A stretch of DNA of 64,000 nucleotides from a virus. The DNA is taken from the IMG/VR virus record IMGVR_UViG_3300043313_002348, positions 1 through 64,000 of that record, one strand, 5' to 3'. The translations under genes were made by a program, and so were the position numbers. This document shows positions 1-9,983 of this stretch, one piece after another (within the stretch, counting starts at the first letter, position 1; every line of letters begins with the position of its first letter). Below the pieces are notes generated by a model. It was not told the origin of the DNA, searched no databases, and saw only the letters and a program-made list of their open reading frames with translations.

Positions 1-2263
1 CCATGCGCAGTGACCCGCCGATGGAGCGCCAGTCAGGTGACACCTGCCCCGACGCGCGCAGCGCGTGAACCTGCCGCTCGGTCGCCCACGGCCGGACCGC
101 GCCGGCCACCCAGATCCCGTGCTTGTCGTTGCCGATGACGACGTCGGCGACCACGAACGCGGTGTTGTCGTAGTGACCTGCGGCGCGGTTCGCCGACCAG
201 CTCAGCGGCGCGTGACCGATGTCCGCGGTGATCTGTCCCACGGGAATCTTCTCACCCGTCGCGCAGAGGACGTGACCGGTGAGGAAGTACGGGTGGTTGT
301 TCTCGAACGGCGGTGTGACACATTCACCTGGGTAACCGATGTGGCACTGACCCCACTCGGCCGCGTGACCGTAGACCCGACCCGCGTCGGTGACGATGAT
401 CGGCGTCGCCACGGTGAACTTCGGGTCGGTGAACCACTCCCGCGGCGGACGCCACGCCGCCTCCTCGGCGGCCGCCACGAGCGCGTCGGTGTCGTCTTGG
501 AACGGCGGTGGTTCCTGGTCCGCATCCCGGAGGTGCGCGGCGAGGTGATCGTACACGCCGCGCGGGTTTGCCACGTCCGTTCCCCCGCGACCACCGTGAA
601 GAACACCGATCCCGGTGCTGCACGCCGTGAGGTTCGCCGCGCCGACGGCGCCGTCCGCGCCGATCTCGTGGTGAATGAACTTACCCGCGGACTTCGGAAG
701 CTCACCGTCCTCCGCCGCACCTTCGTCAACCCAGGCGTACGCCTTCTTCGCGGTCGCCACCGGAACCGGACTTGGGAGATTCTTCTCGTTCGCCGGTCCG
801 TCCCACGCGCCGTCGTTCGTGTCAGTGTGGTGAACGGTGACGGCGTCGAACGCGGTCACGCCACTCGCGACCAGCTCGTCTCGAGGCTTAAGCGTGATGG
901 CCGCGTCGACGAACGCGGGAATGTCGCACAGCGTCGCGGCGCGGATTCGACCCGCGTGGAATATCATCTTCTCGGGTGTACCGAAGAGGATCGAGAGGAT
1001 GTCTCCATCGTCCTCGACCTCGGTGTCGTCGCCTTCGGGCCACACGTATTCCACGTCCGCGTCGGTAATGTCGTCCGCGTCGATCGAGATACCCGCGAGG
1101 TAGCCGTCCCCCACCATACCCAGCGCACGCAGGCCGTTCGGGTCCTTCACGTTGAACGTTCCCGAACCCATGATACGACTGCCGTCGCGCCAGATGCTCT
1201 CGATCCGACCGACGTTCACCGCGAGGGTACGCTTCTCACCGCCGTGACTGTCCTCCATGTTCCACCGCAGGGGAATGACGGTGGACGTAGGATCAGGCCA
1301 GGTAATGGAACCTTCGGCGAACTCGCGACCGTCGCCGGTCGTCACACCTTCGACGACGAGGACACCCTCCCAGGTGTTTACCCCCTCGAAGGCGGGTGGG
1401 TCATCGCCTACCTCGAGGTCGACCGCGTCACCTTCCATACCTGTCTTCTTCTTATTCTTGTTGTCCTTGAGACGCTTGTCTGCGGGAGTGCCCGGATTTG
1501 GCTTACCACCTAGCTCGGTCTCGTCGAGCACCGTCATCGAGCCACCCCCCAAGGGAATGTCGGCGTTCTCTCCGGCGAACGCGACGCGGATCCGGTCGAA
1601 CGTAACAGGTCCGACCCGGTTCAGCAGCTCCGTGAGAAGAGAGGGATCGTTCGAGTACGCCGCGCAGACGTGAGGAACCCACGGCGTATGCTGCGCGGGC
1701 AGCTTAGGAAAGTCGTCGCCGACGGCGTACGTCGCGGCCAGCAGCGCGTCGCCGACGTGATCACGTACCTGCGTGAGGCAGTTGTCACCTTCACCTTCGC
1801 CGCAGGTTGGGTCGTCACCCACGGCGTACACCCAGGCAGGTGTGTCAGAGGTGGGATTCCACAGGTCGGCGCCAAAGATTTTCCCAGTTACCAGGTCGAT
1901 CACACGCCTACTAGCCACATCTTCAACCGCGGTGATAAGTGCTTGGCGGGCGTCGTCCGGCCACTCGGCTGCCTCGCCGAGGTAGTAGAGTGTGAGATGA
2001 AGTTCGTCAGTGGGTTCCGCGTCCGGCGAGTCGACCGTTAAAGCCTCGGGATCTGCTGGCACGAGGGCGACCATGGCGCCGGTGTGCTCGTCACTCACAG
2101 CGGCTGTCAAGCTAAGCGTACTGGCCGCGGCAGCCTCGGGTAACCAGGTGACGCTACGCTCCGTGACGTCGACAACGGTGACCGAAGCAACCGTCGGTTG
2201 TAGATCTTCCGGATGCCAGATGAAGCGTTCCTGAATACTATGCTGCGAAGGTATTATCGTCAC
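1..2263 (-). CDS. Capsid maturation protease-like head protein with N-terminal 2H phosphoesterase domain (partial, runs off left edge; absent from ORF track)
   Basis: GTG at 2263 with GGAGG RBS, open to the window edge. Translation contains LHLTLYYLG and PWVPHVCAAY (2H motifs), then WEGVLVVEGVTTGDGR...GRIRAATLCDIPAF...GIWVAGAVRP, as in actinophage head proteases. Follows portal and MuF. Confidence 0.75.
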   Translation of the reverse strand, partial: MTIIPSQHSIQERFIWHPEDLQPTVASVTVVDVTERSVTWLPEAAAASTLSLTAAVSDEHTGAMVALVPADPEALTVDSPDAEPTDELHLTLYYLGEAAEWPDDARQALITAVEDVASRRVIDLVTGKIFGADLWNPTSDTPAWVYAVGDDPTCGEGEGDNCLTQVRDHVGDALLAATYAVGDDFPKLPAQHTPWVPHVCAAYSNDPSLLTELLNRVGPVTFDRIRVAFAGENADIPLGGGSMTVLDETELGGKPNPGTPADKRLKDNKNKKKTGMEGDAVDLEVGDDPPAFEGVNTWEGVLVVEGVTTGDGREFAEGSITWPDPTSTVIPLRWNMEDSHGGEKRTLAVNVGRIESIWRDGSRIMGSGTFNVKDPNGLRALGMVGDGYLAGISIDADDITDADVEYVWPEGDDTEVEDDGDILSILFGTPEKMIFHAGRIRAATLCDIPAFVDAAITLKPRDELVASGVTAFDAVTVHHTDTNDGAWDGPANEKNLPSPVPVATAKKAYAWVDEGAAEDGELPKSAGKFIHHEIGADGAVGAANLTACSTGIGVLHGGRGGTDVANPRGVYDHLAAHLRDADQEPPPFQDDTDALVAAAEEAAWRPPREWFTDPKFTVATPIIVTDAGRVYGHAAEWGQCHIGYPGECVTPPFENNHPYFLTGHVLCATGEKIPVGQITADIGHAPLSWSANRAAGHYDNTAFVVADVVIGNDKHGIWVAGAVRPWATERQVHALRASGQVSPDWRSIGGSLRM

Positions 2264-2264
2264 A

Positions 2265-2999
2265 TCAACCTCCCGGCTGTCTGATGACCTCGAGGTCGAT
2301 GTAACGTACCCCGGCGGCCTCCTCGTCACGCGTCATTCGATAGACCGTTCCGCGTGGGAGAAGTGTCTCGCCTTGAGTCCAGCCTCCATACTGACTACCG
2401 TCGAGAGCGATGACCTTCTTCCCGGCCGGGACGTGGATCTTAACGGTTGTCTCGACCCCGCCGTAACCAGCAACTGCGCTCTTGTCCGTGGACGCAGAGT
2501 TGTATCCAAGGTCACTCCACGTCGTACCGGCTTGTCCTACAGGGCCGAAGATCTTCTTCCCATCTCCTACGCCGCGGTAGCACACGATCGGCTTATCGAT
2601 CGGCGGGCTCTTCGCGAACAGGTCGTCTGTACCGCGTACGACGTCCCGGTCGCGATCAGTTAGCTCACCCGATCGAAGCTTCCGGTTGATCGTGTTTCCA
2701 AGTAGTTGATACTCACCAACAGCACGCGTGTTGTGCGATGGTATTGAACGCCACGCGGTGTCACCCTCGAGCGGTCGTGCACCGGTGACCTCACCCTCCT
2801 TCTTATCATCACTATCACCTCCACTGTCATCACCGCCTCCGCTACCTCCGCCTCCACCTGGCTTCCAACGGCCGTCCTTCGCGCGTGGCTGCGTCGCGCT
2901 GCCAAGTAAGAGAGCAGTAGCTGTTAGTGACTTAATCCGGTCGGTTCGCTCGACCGCGAACGCACCACCGATCACCTCGTCGAAGTCGTACCTCATCAA
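2265..2999 (-). CDS. ADP-ribosyltransferase (VIP2/ARTC-like), probably virion-associated
   Basis: CYRG, GYNSAST and QGETLLPRG motifs; N-terminal QPRAKDGRW motif and Gly-rich linker. Confidence 0.8.
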   Translation of the reverse strand: MMRYDFDEVIGGAFAVERTDRIKSLTATALLLGSATQPRAKDGRWKPGGGGGSGGGDDSGGDSDDKKEGEVTGARPLEGDTAWRSIPSHNTRAVGEYQLLGNTINRKLRSGELTDRDRDVVRGTDDLFAKSPPIDKPIVCYRGVGDGKKIFGPVGQAGTTWSDLGYNSASTDKSAVAGYGGVETTVKIHVPAGKKVIALDGSQYGGWTQGETLLPRGTVYRMTRDEEAAGVRYIDLEVIRQPGG

Positions 3000-4528
3000 C
3001 CACTCCCGAGTACGTCGACCTGGCGAACGTGAATCACGTAGTAACCACGCTTACCTTCGGGCTTCTCAAGTCTAGTGATCTTAAACTGCCCACCCGCGAT
3101 CCACTCCTTCTCGCTGGCAAACTTACTTAACCGCTCGACCGGGAGTGCGTGAATAGGTCCCTCCACGACGACCTTCACCTGCACAATTCCCTTTGGGAAC
3201 GACGTGCCGTTAGGTGACCGCATGAAACCCTCGGCCTTACGCTCGCTGGACGTGAACGAGCTCATGTTGAGATCTAGCGGGCGACCCGTGGCGTACCGCT
3301 CCTCGAACGCGTCGAACCACGCGTTAACGTCGACCGTCGGATCGGGCTTAACGCCGAAGCCTCGGTAGAGTTGCGGCACCTGATCTTCAGGGTAGTGGTT
3401 CACAGCCTGGACGAAGTCTTCCACACGACGCCGCACCGCGGCGCTCAGCGGCGGATCACCTTCGAGGTACGCCGCGACCTGCTTACGCATGTTCACAACC
3501 CCGCCGCGGGTCTCGGTAAAACGCTTGATCAAGCTAAGAACGTTTCGGCCTCCCTGCGTCTTCTCAAGTTCCTTGCGGATCGCGACCTCAGACTTCTTAC
3601 TCGCGGGGTCGAGAGCTGCCATCTGCTGCTCGGTAAGACTTGACGTCGTCAGCGTAGCCGGTGGGACGAGAGTCTCGGGTGGTCCGACGAGCGCCCGAAG
3701 ATCGTCGTCGACGACCTCGTACCCGAGTGTGCACCGGCAGTTGATCACCTCTCCGGCGGGTGCTCCGGGATCGTGAGGTCGGTCGAGGTGGTGACCCCCG
3801 ACGAGGAACGTGCCGTCGAGCGGTACCTTCTGCCCGTCGACCACGTGGTGAGACGCGCGCGTCCGCGCACCCGCGGTGGCGATCCACTCCTTCGTCGCGG
3901 GTAAGCCGATCTCACGCATCTCCGCGAGGGATCCCGCGTTCACGGCGCCGTTTACCTCGGTACGCGCGACCACACCCGCGCGCGGGGCACTCACGTCCAG
4001 ACTTCCTCTTACGCGCTCCTGGAGCTTCGCGACACCCTCACCCGCGTGAACCCCCGCGATCAGCTCGGTTCGCGCGTTCGCCCAGAGCTCGTCGCCGATC
4101 CCAACGAGGTGATTTCGCTGGAGTTCCAGTGACACCTCGGCCACCTGGTTAGGAACACGTGGGATCAACGCCGCGTGCGGTGGAAGCCCCTCCGGCGTCG
4201 CAGGTCCCGGGTTGTCGTCGGGAAACAGTTCGATCCCGGCAGCCGTAAGAACCGGGGAAACCGTAAGAGCCTGAGCGGAGTGGGCTACGCCCGCGTGCAC
4301 GACGTTGACGCCGTGCCAGAACGACTCCGCCAGCGCAGGCATGAGGGTCACGTCGACGTGCTCAACCCACCACGTCGGCATCTTCCCGATGTCGTCCGGT
4401 GTCGGCGACGACGTAAGCTCACGTGCCGCGCTCCGCAGGGTCGTCTTCGCGACGTTGAGTACCACGTCGGTGAATCGATCTCCCAGCGTCGCCAGGTCCT
4501 GCAGCGTAGGACCCGGAACACGTGCCAC
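2996..4528 (-). CDS. MuF-like minor head protein with C-terminal ADP-ribosyltransferase domain
   Basis: VARTE, KEWIAT..RTRASH and EVINCRC MuF motifs; C-terminal LYRG, MSSFTSS and SEKEW. Confidence 0.85.
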   Translation of the reverse strand: MARVPGPTLQDLATLGDRFTDVVLNVAKTTLRSAARELTSSPTPDDIGKMPTWWVEHVDVTLMPALAESFWHGVNVVHAGVAHSAQALTVSPVLTAAGIELFPDDNPGPATPEGLPPHAALIPRVPNQVAEVSLELQRNHLVGIGDELWANARTELIAGVHAGEGVAKLQERVRGSLDVSAPRAGVVARTEVNGAVNAGSLAEMREIGLPATKEWIATAGARTRASHHVVDGQKVPLDGTFLVGGHHLDRPHDPGAPAGEVINCRCTLGYEVVDDDLRALVGPPETLVPPATLTTSSLTEQQMAALDPASKKSEVAIRKELEKTQGGRNVLSLIKRFTETRGGVVNMRKQVAAYLEGDPPLSAAVRRRVEDFVQAVNHYPEDQVPQLYRGFGVKPDPTVDVNAWFDAFEERYATGRPLDLNMSSFTSSERKAEGFMRSPNGTSFPKGIVQVKVVVEGPIHALPVERLSKFASEKEWIAGGQFKITRLEKPEGKRGYYVIHVRQVDVLGSG

Positions 4529-6315
4529 TACTTCACCCGGCCAGGTTCAACCTGCTCGATAAGCTTAACCTCTAGCGCGCTGAACGTAAGCCGTCCCTGA
4601 CCCGTCATACCGATGTGATACACACCCGTCTGCCCCGGCGCCTGGCTCTTCGGGTGATCACGTGCGGCCCATGTCATTGGACACTTGTGAGGTGTCCGGC
4701 CACACCGGTTGGGGTGGAACACGGACCACTCACCGGTAGGAGTAATCCGTAGGTAGTGCTGGCGGACCTCCTTGTCCGTCAGCTCGAGTAACGCACGCAC
4801 GTGGGTACCCGCGGGTACCTCCTCGTCCGGTGCCGGTGGCTCCGCGTCCTGCGTGTCCGGCGGCGCTCCCAGGCCATCACCTTCGGTCTCAGGTGCGGGC
4901 TCCGGGGTGGATGTCTGACCCGTGACCGCGGAAGCGCCGCCGGACAACGTTCCGTGAAGTATGTCGGTGAGGGCGGCGTACCCCACCTGCGGGTTAACGG
5001 CAAGCTTCTTAAGGCCCATCTCGACGACCTCGGCGGTGGTCGGCGCGTCGGCCTCGTCCATACCGATCTCACGTCGGTACGCCTTGGGAGACAACTCAAG
5101 TCGGTCGTACGCCTCGGTCGCCTTCGCCGACTTGTCCGGCCGCTGCGCGATCTCGGAGGCGTCGTACCAGACGACCCAACCCTCGGGATCTTCTCCCATT
5201 CCCTTGAGCATGGGAGTGAGGAACGCGAACGTGAGCCCGTGACAGATCAGCTCGACCGGCGGTAAGATGTGAATCTTGATCGCGGATTCCTCGAGCTGCC
5301 AGCTCGACCAGTGATTCACGTCTCCCATGCCGGTGAGTACCTCGGGTGGGATGTCGACGTGCGTCGCCAGCCGACGGATCGCCGAGTCGCGCTTCTCGAT
5401 GATCTTCTCGTCCTGCGCGGTCGTGAAGTCGATGTGCTTGATCTTATCGACGAACTCCGAGGGTACCCGCATCGGGATCGGAACGGTCGCAGCGGCGGTA
5501 CCGGGAGTAGCGATCGCCTCACGTGCGGTCTCGACCCACTCACGTGTAAACGGATCGAGATCTTCGAGGAACTCCTCGCGGACCGGAAAGGTGATCTCTT
5601 CAGGAAAAATGATGACGCCAGCACTGGCGAGTCGTGAGAGGTAGTTCGCTTGGATGGCGCGGTTCACCAGCTCAAGTTCACGCATCGTACCCAGTGCGGC
5701 GCGCGTCGGCGAGTCGGCGTGCCAGCGGATACGCTTATGCGGTCGCCACACCCGACTCACGTAGTAATCTTGAGCCAGGTTGCGCCACTGCGAGCCACCG
5801 GTCTGGAGTGAAGCCTCGGCGTCCACGATCTGGATGACACCACTCTGCCACCGAAGCTCGTCGGCGGAGATGATCTGCCAGGTTCGCGTTCCACTGATCG
5901 TCTCACCAACGACGAACGCCTGCCCGGGAACGTCGAGGAGGGTGGACATCGTCGCGAGCATCTCGGCGCGCCCACTGACGTTGCCCGCGAGCTCGGCTAT
6001 GAGATCAGACGCGGGTCCCGCGTCAATGATCTTAGGTTCATCTTGTCCCGGTTCGACGCGCGCGGCGCGGAGCCGGATACGTGAGATGGCGGCCGCGCGC
6101 CAGTCGACCGCGAAGCGGAACTCACCTAGCGTGTCGTACAGTCCCCAGGCTTCCTCTGTCCACGACTCGTGAGGAGCGACCAGTCGACTACGACCAAGTT
6201 TAACCGTGGTCGCAGCGGCGGCCAGGGCGGACCGGCGGGGTGGGTTATCACTCGACGCCACGTGCGCGACCTGGACGGTAGCCGGCACACGTGAACGTGA
6301 ACTCCAGATAGCCAC
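4528..6315 (-). CDS. Portal protein
   Basis: 595 aa between terminase and MuF; actinophage portal-like segments EAWGLYD.LGE, RVWRPH, DSPTRA and DIPPEVLTGMGDVNHW. Confidence 0.8.
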   Translation of the reverse strand: MAIWSSRSRVPATVQVAHVASSDNPPRRSALAAAATTVKLGRSRLVAPHESWTEEAWGLYDTLGEFRFAVDWRAAAISRIRLRAARVEPGQDEPKIIDAGPASDLIAELAGNVSGRAEMLATMSTLLDVPGQAFVVGETISGTRTWQIISADELRWQSGVIQIVDAEASLQTGGSQWRNLAQDYYVSRVWRPHKRIRWHADSPTRAALGTMRELELVNRAIQANYLSRLASAGVIIFPEEITFPVREEFLEDLDPFTREWVETAREAIATPGTAAATVPIPMRVPSEFVDKIKHIDFTTAQDEKIIEKRDSAIRRLATHVDIPPEVLTGMGDVNHWSSWQLEESAIKIHILPPVELICHGLTFAFLTPMLKGMGEDPEGWVVWYDASEIAQRPDKSAKATEAYDRLELSPKAYRREIGMDEADAPTTAEVVEMGLKKLAVNPQVGYAALTDILHGTLSGGASAVTGQTSTPEPAPETEGDGLGAPPDTQDAEPPAPDEEVPAGTHVRALLELTDKEVRQHYLRITPTGEWSVFHPNRCGRTPHKCPMTWAARDHPKSQAPGQTGVYHIGMTGQGRLTFSALEVKLIEQVEPGRVK

Positions 6316-6379
6316 ACCCCATCCCCCCTCACCGACGAACGTAGCCTAGACGGAGTGTTACCACCGTGGCTACTACCTC

Positions 6380-6643
6380 TTAACACGTCACGGAGTGGGT
6401 GCAGTGGGTGCAGCAAGATTTGATCTTTCGCGGTGGCTGCGAGAGGCGCCAGACCGCGATCACTTCGTAGACGCAGGCTGACAAGATAAATCCGTACTGC
6501 TGGGTTACGAGCGCGTAGGCTACCCACACCCACTCGTCGACCAGCGTCACCCACCAGCCAACTCGAGGTCTTACCTCCACGAGTAGAAGTCCGAGCACAC
6601 CCAGCAGTGAGAGAACGTAGCTCCACACAGTTCCTGGTTCCAC
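6380..6643 (-). CDS. Small membrane protein
   Basis: Three hydrophobic segments; operon context. Confidence 0.6.
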   Translation of the reverse strand: MEPGTVWSYVLSLLGVLGLLLVEVRPRVGWWVTLVDEWVWVAYALVTQQYGFILSACVYEVIAVWRLSQPPRKIKSCCTHCTHSVTC

Positions 6644-6684
6644 CTTCCTGTTCCCGGGGCTCGAGCAGGAAGATCTGACCGTGG

Positions 6685-7062
6685 TTAGGGGTTAAAGATC
6701 TTCTCTTCGGTAGACAGCAGCGCACCTTCAGGTTGGGTGACCGGTTCCTCGCGGTTGTAGATGAGAACGCCGATCGCCCAGGTCGCGAACCACGTGAACG
6801 GGGGCATAGGCACTCCCGCAGGTAACCAGACCCACGCGGCGCAAGTCACCGTCAGCGACACCCAGCCGGACGCGCAGTAGCGACACGACAGTAGGTCACC
6901 GATCGACCGGCGTACGCCTCCACCTCCCGGAGACTTCTCTGACCACCGCAGGATGGCCTCACGGGGGAGACGAACCGGGGGAAACTCGTCGTCTACCACG
7001 AGTCGTGTGGCGCGGTACGTCACAAGACCGAGCACCACAAGTAGTATGAGATACGCGAGCAC
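6685..7062 (-). CDS. DUF1360-like membrane protein
   Basis: YRATRLVVDD and LLSCRYCASGW motifs. Confidence 0.65.
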   Translation of the reverse strand: MLAYLILLVVLGLVTYRATRLVVDDEFPPVRLPREAILRWSEKSPGGGGVRRSIGDLLSCRYCASGWVSLTVTCAAWVWLPAGVPMPPFTWFATWAIGVLIYNREEPVTQPEGALLSTEEKIFNP

Positions 7063-7355
7063 TACGCCGTTCCCTCCTCGTCCGCGAGACGCCTAAACAT
7101 GTCGAGACATCCGACGTTCGCCTCACTCGGTGACAGACCCGCGGCGCGCGCCACTGTCGCGTTCACAACCGCGTAGTGTGACGTGGTGAGCTGACGTGCT
7201 ACCTCGAGAGGATCGCCGAGGAGGTAGCTACCACCCGGGGTCGAGAACTCAATTCCCACGGCGACGTCGTCCCCGTCAGAGACGAGGCCAACACGCGGCT
7301 CACACCGCGGACGGCGGGTCGCGTCAGGTGGCACCTGCGACGGGTGGGTCATCAT
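7062..7355 (-). CDS. Hypothetical protein
   Basis: Abuts the next gene; GAGGGA RBS. Confidence 0.5.
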   Translation of the reverse strand: MMTHPSQVPPDATRRPRCEPRVGLVSDGDDVAVGIEFSTPGGSYLLGDPLEVARQLTTSHYAVVNATVARAAGLSPSEANVGCLDMFRRLADEEGTA

Positions 7356-7439
7356 CCCTCACTCACTCGGATATTCATCTCGCGTTGATCGTAACGAGTT
7401 CACCGACCGTTACCGCACAACCGTGCTACCTATAGCTCC

Positions 7440-7781
7440 CTAATCTCCCTTAAGCCTATACTTTAGGCGAATGATCTCCAACTTCGCGTCCCTGAGTTGT
7501 CTGTCTACTTCGTCGAGACGCTCCACCACTGCCTTGTACTTGCCTGCCTGATCTTCGGCGTCGTCGCGCATCGCGAGAACCTGCGCCCGAAGCATTAAGA
7601 CGAGCTTTTCGGCCGTGCTGACGGCGACCGAGTCAGCCTCTTCATCTAACTTCCTCAACTCGGGCTTACGGCGAAAGTAAGCCACCCCCGCTTGAACGAT
7701 GGAACCACCGAACGCGATCTGCGCGACCGAGATCAGCACATCAGTCACGGCCGGCATCCGTAAGTCCTCTCTCAAGTACAC
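7440..7781 (-). CDS. Membrane-anchored coiled-coil protein
   Basis: N-terminal hydrophobic segment followed by heptad-like region. Confidence 0.55.
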   Translation of the reverse strand: MYLREDLRMPAVTDVLISVAQIAFGGSIVQAGVAYFRRKPELRKLDEEADSVAVSTAEKLVLMLRAQVLAMRDDAEDQAGKYKAVVERLDEVDRQLRDAKLEIIRLKYRLKGD

Positions 7782-8190
7782 CGAATCGCTTGGCTCTATT
7801 CAGGATGTGGACAGCCTTGTTGACGCACCCGAGAGCGATGCAACCAGAGACGATCGCGGCGACGACACCTTGAAAACCTAGACCGATCGCCACCGTTACG
7901 GCGTAGAAGCCATATCCACCCGCCAGCATCCACAGACCAGGAATCTCCGTGACCAACTTGCGTCGATACAGACCCGAGATCTTCAGTACCCCACCTAAGG
8001 CAAAGAAGAACCCCCACGTGTGCGCGACGTAGTTCGCACTGTTGTGCAGAGACCGCGACATCCCGAGACTGATGTCATCACCGATGAACGCCGCGAGTAT
8101 CCCGATAATGACACCTCCGATAGCCACGAAGGTACCGAACGGATTCAACTCTAAGATCTCGTTCGTAGTCGCCAATCTTCGATGCACCAT
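7741..8190 (-). CDS. Four-TM membrane protein
   Basis: Four hydrophobic segments; GGGAGGG RBS. Confidence 0.6.
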   Translation of the reverse strand: MVHRRLATTNEILELNPFGTFVAIGGVIIGILAAFIGDDISLGMSRSLHNSANYVAHTWGFFFALGGVLKISGLYRRKLVTEIPGLWMLAGGYGFYAVTVAIGLGFQGVVAAIVSGCIALGCVNKAVHILNRAKRFGVLERGLTDAGRD

Positions 8191-8211
8191 CGTTAACCCT
8201 CCCGAGAGACG

Positions 8212-8578
8212 TCACTCGCCACGGGGCCAAGGCGGTAGTGGAGCTTTACCCACACCGTTCCACGCGACAGCCCAGCTTTCCTCGACGAGCACAGTCGCGA
8301 GATCTCTCCCGTCCGCCAACGTGATCACGGCGTCCATGCGGCCACCGTACTTATCGTCCTTAACGCTGGTCAACACGACGCGGGTGTTAACCGGGAGCAT
8401 TAACGTGAGGTTTGCGCGTGCCTCAAGACCACCGGGCATACTCTTCTCCCGCGCGTTGATACCCTAGTATGCGAAAGGGAACGTCGCGACGCCACGTGTG
8501 AAATCCCTGGTCGACGTCCAGCTTCACCGTGTCGCCGTCCGTGACGGCTACCACGTACGCGTAGTAATCCCAGACGAT
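8212..8578 (-). pseudogene. Frameshifted thermonuclease (SNase-like) gene
   Basis: VVAVTDGDTV...FRILG in one frame joins INARE...DKYGGR in another; one extra G at 8462-8464; apparent start codon is ATC. Confidence 0.7.
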
Positions 8579-8579
8579 G

Positions 8580-9962
8580 CTAACCCACCACCCTCCGACC
8601 GATGACCGACTCTGTCGCGGCCCGACCCCCGAACGTACCGTGACCCGTGAGTCGTGCGGTCGACACAAGCTTGAGGTGCCAGGCGCACCACACCTTCGCG
8701 TCGACCCGGTCGGGTGAGTAACCCGCGTCGTCCGTCCACGTACACATCTGATCTTCGAGATGCTCGAACACCCCGGCGTGGTGATCGTGATCACGTTCCA
8801 TCAACGCCGCAACGGGCTCCGCTCTTACCCGCTTACCTCGGGTAGCGACGATCTTACGTACCGGGATCGAGAGACCCGCGTGCTCGACCGCTCCCTGAAT
8901 GGTGGAGACCGCCATATCACCTCCGTAGTTCGTCTCCACTACTATGTCGTCAGCCTCCCAGTCGACGGCTGCCTGTACGGCACGCGCACCCCACTGTGCG
9001 GGGCTGAGGTTGCACGAGTAGTCAGCTAGTGTGAACATCTCACGGGTCGTTCGCGTCGGCGTGGTCGCCGAGCCGGTGTGAATCACCTCGACGAAGCTCC
9101 CCGCCACGACGATCCCCTGCTCACCCGCACCGCCGGACGGGTCCACACCGACCGTGATCTTCGTAAGCTCAGGTACAAGTTCAGGTGCGACGCGGTTGCG
9201 CGCGACGCGCTCGCGTGTCCACAACGCACTAGGATCTTGTTCGATCAGCCGACCCTCGAGTTCTTGCTCGCCGAGAGCGGTCCCGCCGTACGCCTCCTCC
9301 AGGTCGATCTTAATCTGCTCGGGAAGGTACGGGTTGTCGTACATTGACGCCGTTGTGAGGACAACGTTGGAGATCTCGTGCTTCGAGAGACGCTTGATCA
9401 AGGGGCGGGGCTTCGGGGTGGTGGAACCTACCCAGTGTGGGCGTGGTCCGACGCGAAGGCCAAACCGCATGTGGTTCCAACACGGCTCCATGTAACGCCA
9501 CGCAGCGAGCTCCTCGAGCCACACCAGACACCGGTTACCACCGGATCTGAGTCGTTCTACGTCGTCAGGAGACGAGGCGCCGAAGAGCTTCGCCTCCGAG
9601 CCGTTCGGCCACCGCACGACCGTGCCACCTACGGTGTTGATCAGTCGCGCGGTCGGGTCGTGTGTGCGAATCCCTGACGGTCCGTTCACGCAGGATGTCG
9701 CGGCGTCCCCGTGCGTCGGGGCGATGATGGAGATCCAGTGAGGTACCCGGCCATTAGGCATACACGGCGGTCCGTTGACGTGATCGACGACGTACCGCGC
9801 GCACGCCTCCGTCTTACCCGCACCACGTCCTGCGAGTAGGAGCCACCCGTACCAGTCTCCACGTGGCGGCACCTGGTGCGCGAGCAGTCGGCGAGGAGGT
9901 GTAACGAGGTCGTCCCACATTCTCATCAGGGTGCGGGTAAGTTCCCTCTCAGGACGGTTCAC
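8580..9962 (-). CDS. terL: Terminase large subunit
   Basis: AGRGAGKT Walker A, VWLEE Walker B, STTP, VGVDPS and SPDRVDA nuclease motifs. Confidence 0.92.
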   Translation of the reverse strand: MNRPERELTRTLMRMWDDLVTPPRRLLAHQVPPRGDWYGWLLLAGRGAGKTEACARYVVDHVNGPPCMPNGRVPHWISIIAPTHGDAATSCVNGPSGIRTHDPTARLINTVGGTVVRWPNGSEAKLFGASSPDDVERLRSGGNRCLVWLEELAAWRYMEPCWNHMRFGLRVGPRPHWVGSTTPKPRPLIKRLSKHEISNVVLTTASMYDNPYLPEQIKIDLEEAYGGTALGEQELEGRLIEQDPSALWTRERVARNRVAPELVPELTKITVGVDPSGGAGEQGIVVAGSFVEVIHTGSATTPTRTTREMFTLADYSCNLSPAQWGARAVQAAVDWEADDIVVETNYGGDMAVSTIQGAVEHAGLSIPVRKIVATRGKRVRAEPVAALMERDHDHHAGVFEHLEDQMCTWTDDAGYSPDRVDAKVWCAWHLKLVSTARLTGHGTFGGRAATESVIGRRVVG

Positions 9963-9983
9963 CTACCAACGGTAGCAACCGAG

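Noticed and set aside
65-1513. 482-aa plus-strand ORF and many other long antisense ORFs
   Set aside because: Same codon register as motif-bearing genes on the other strand; shadows of high-GC coding DNA
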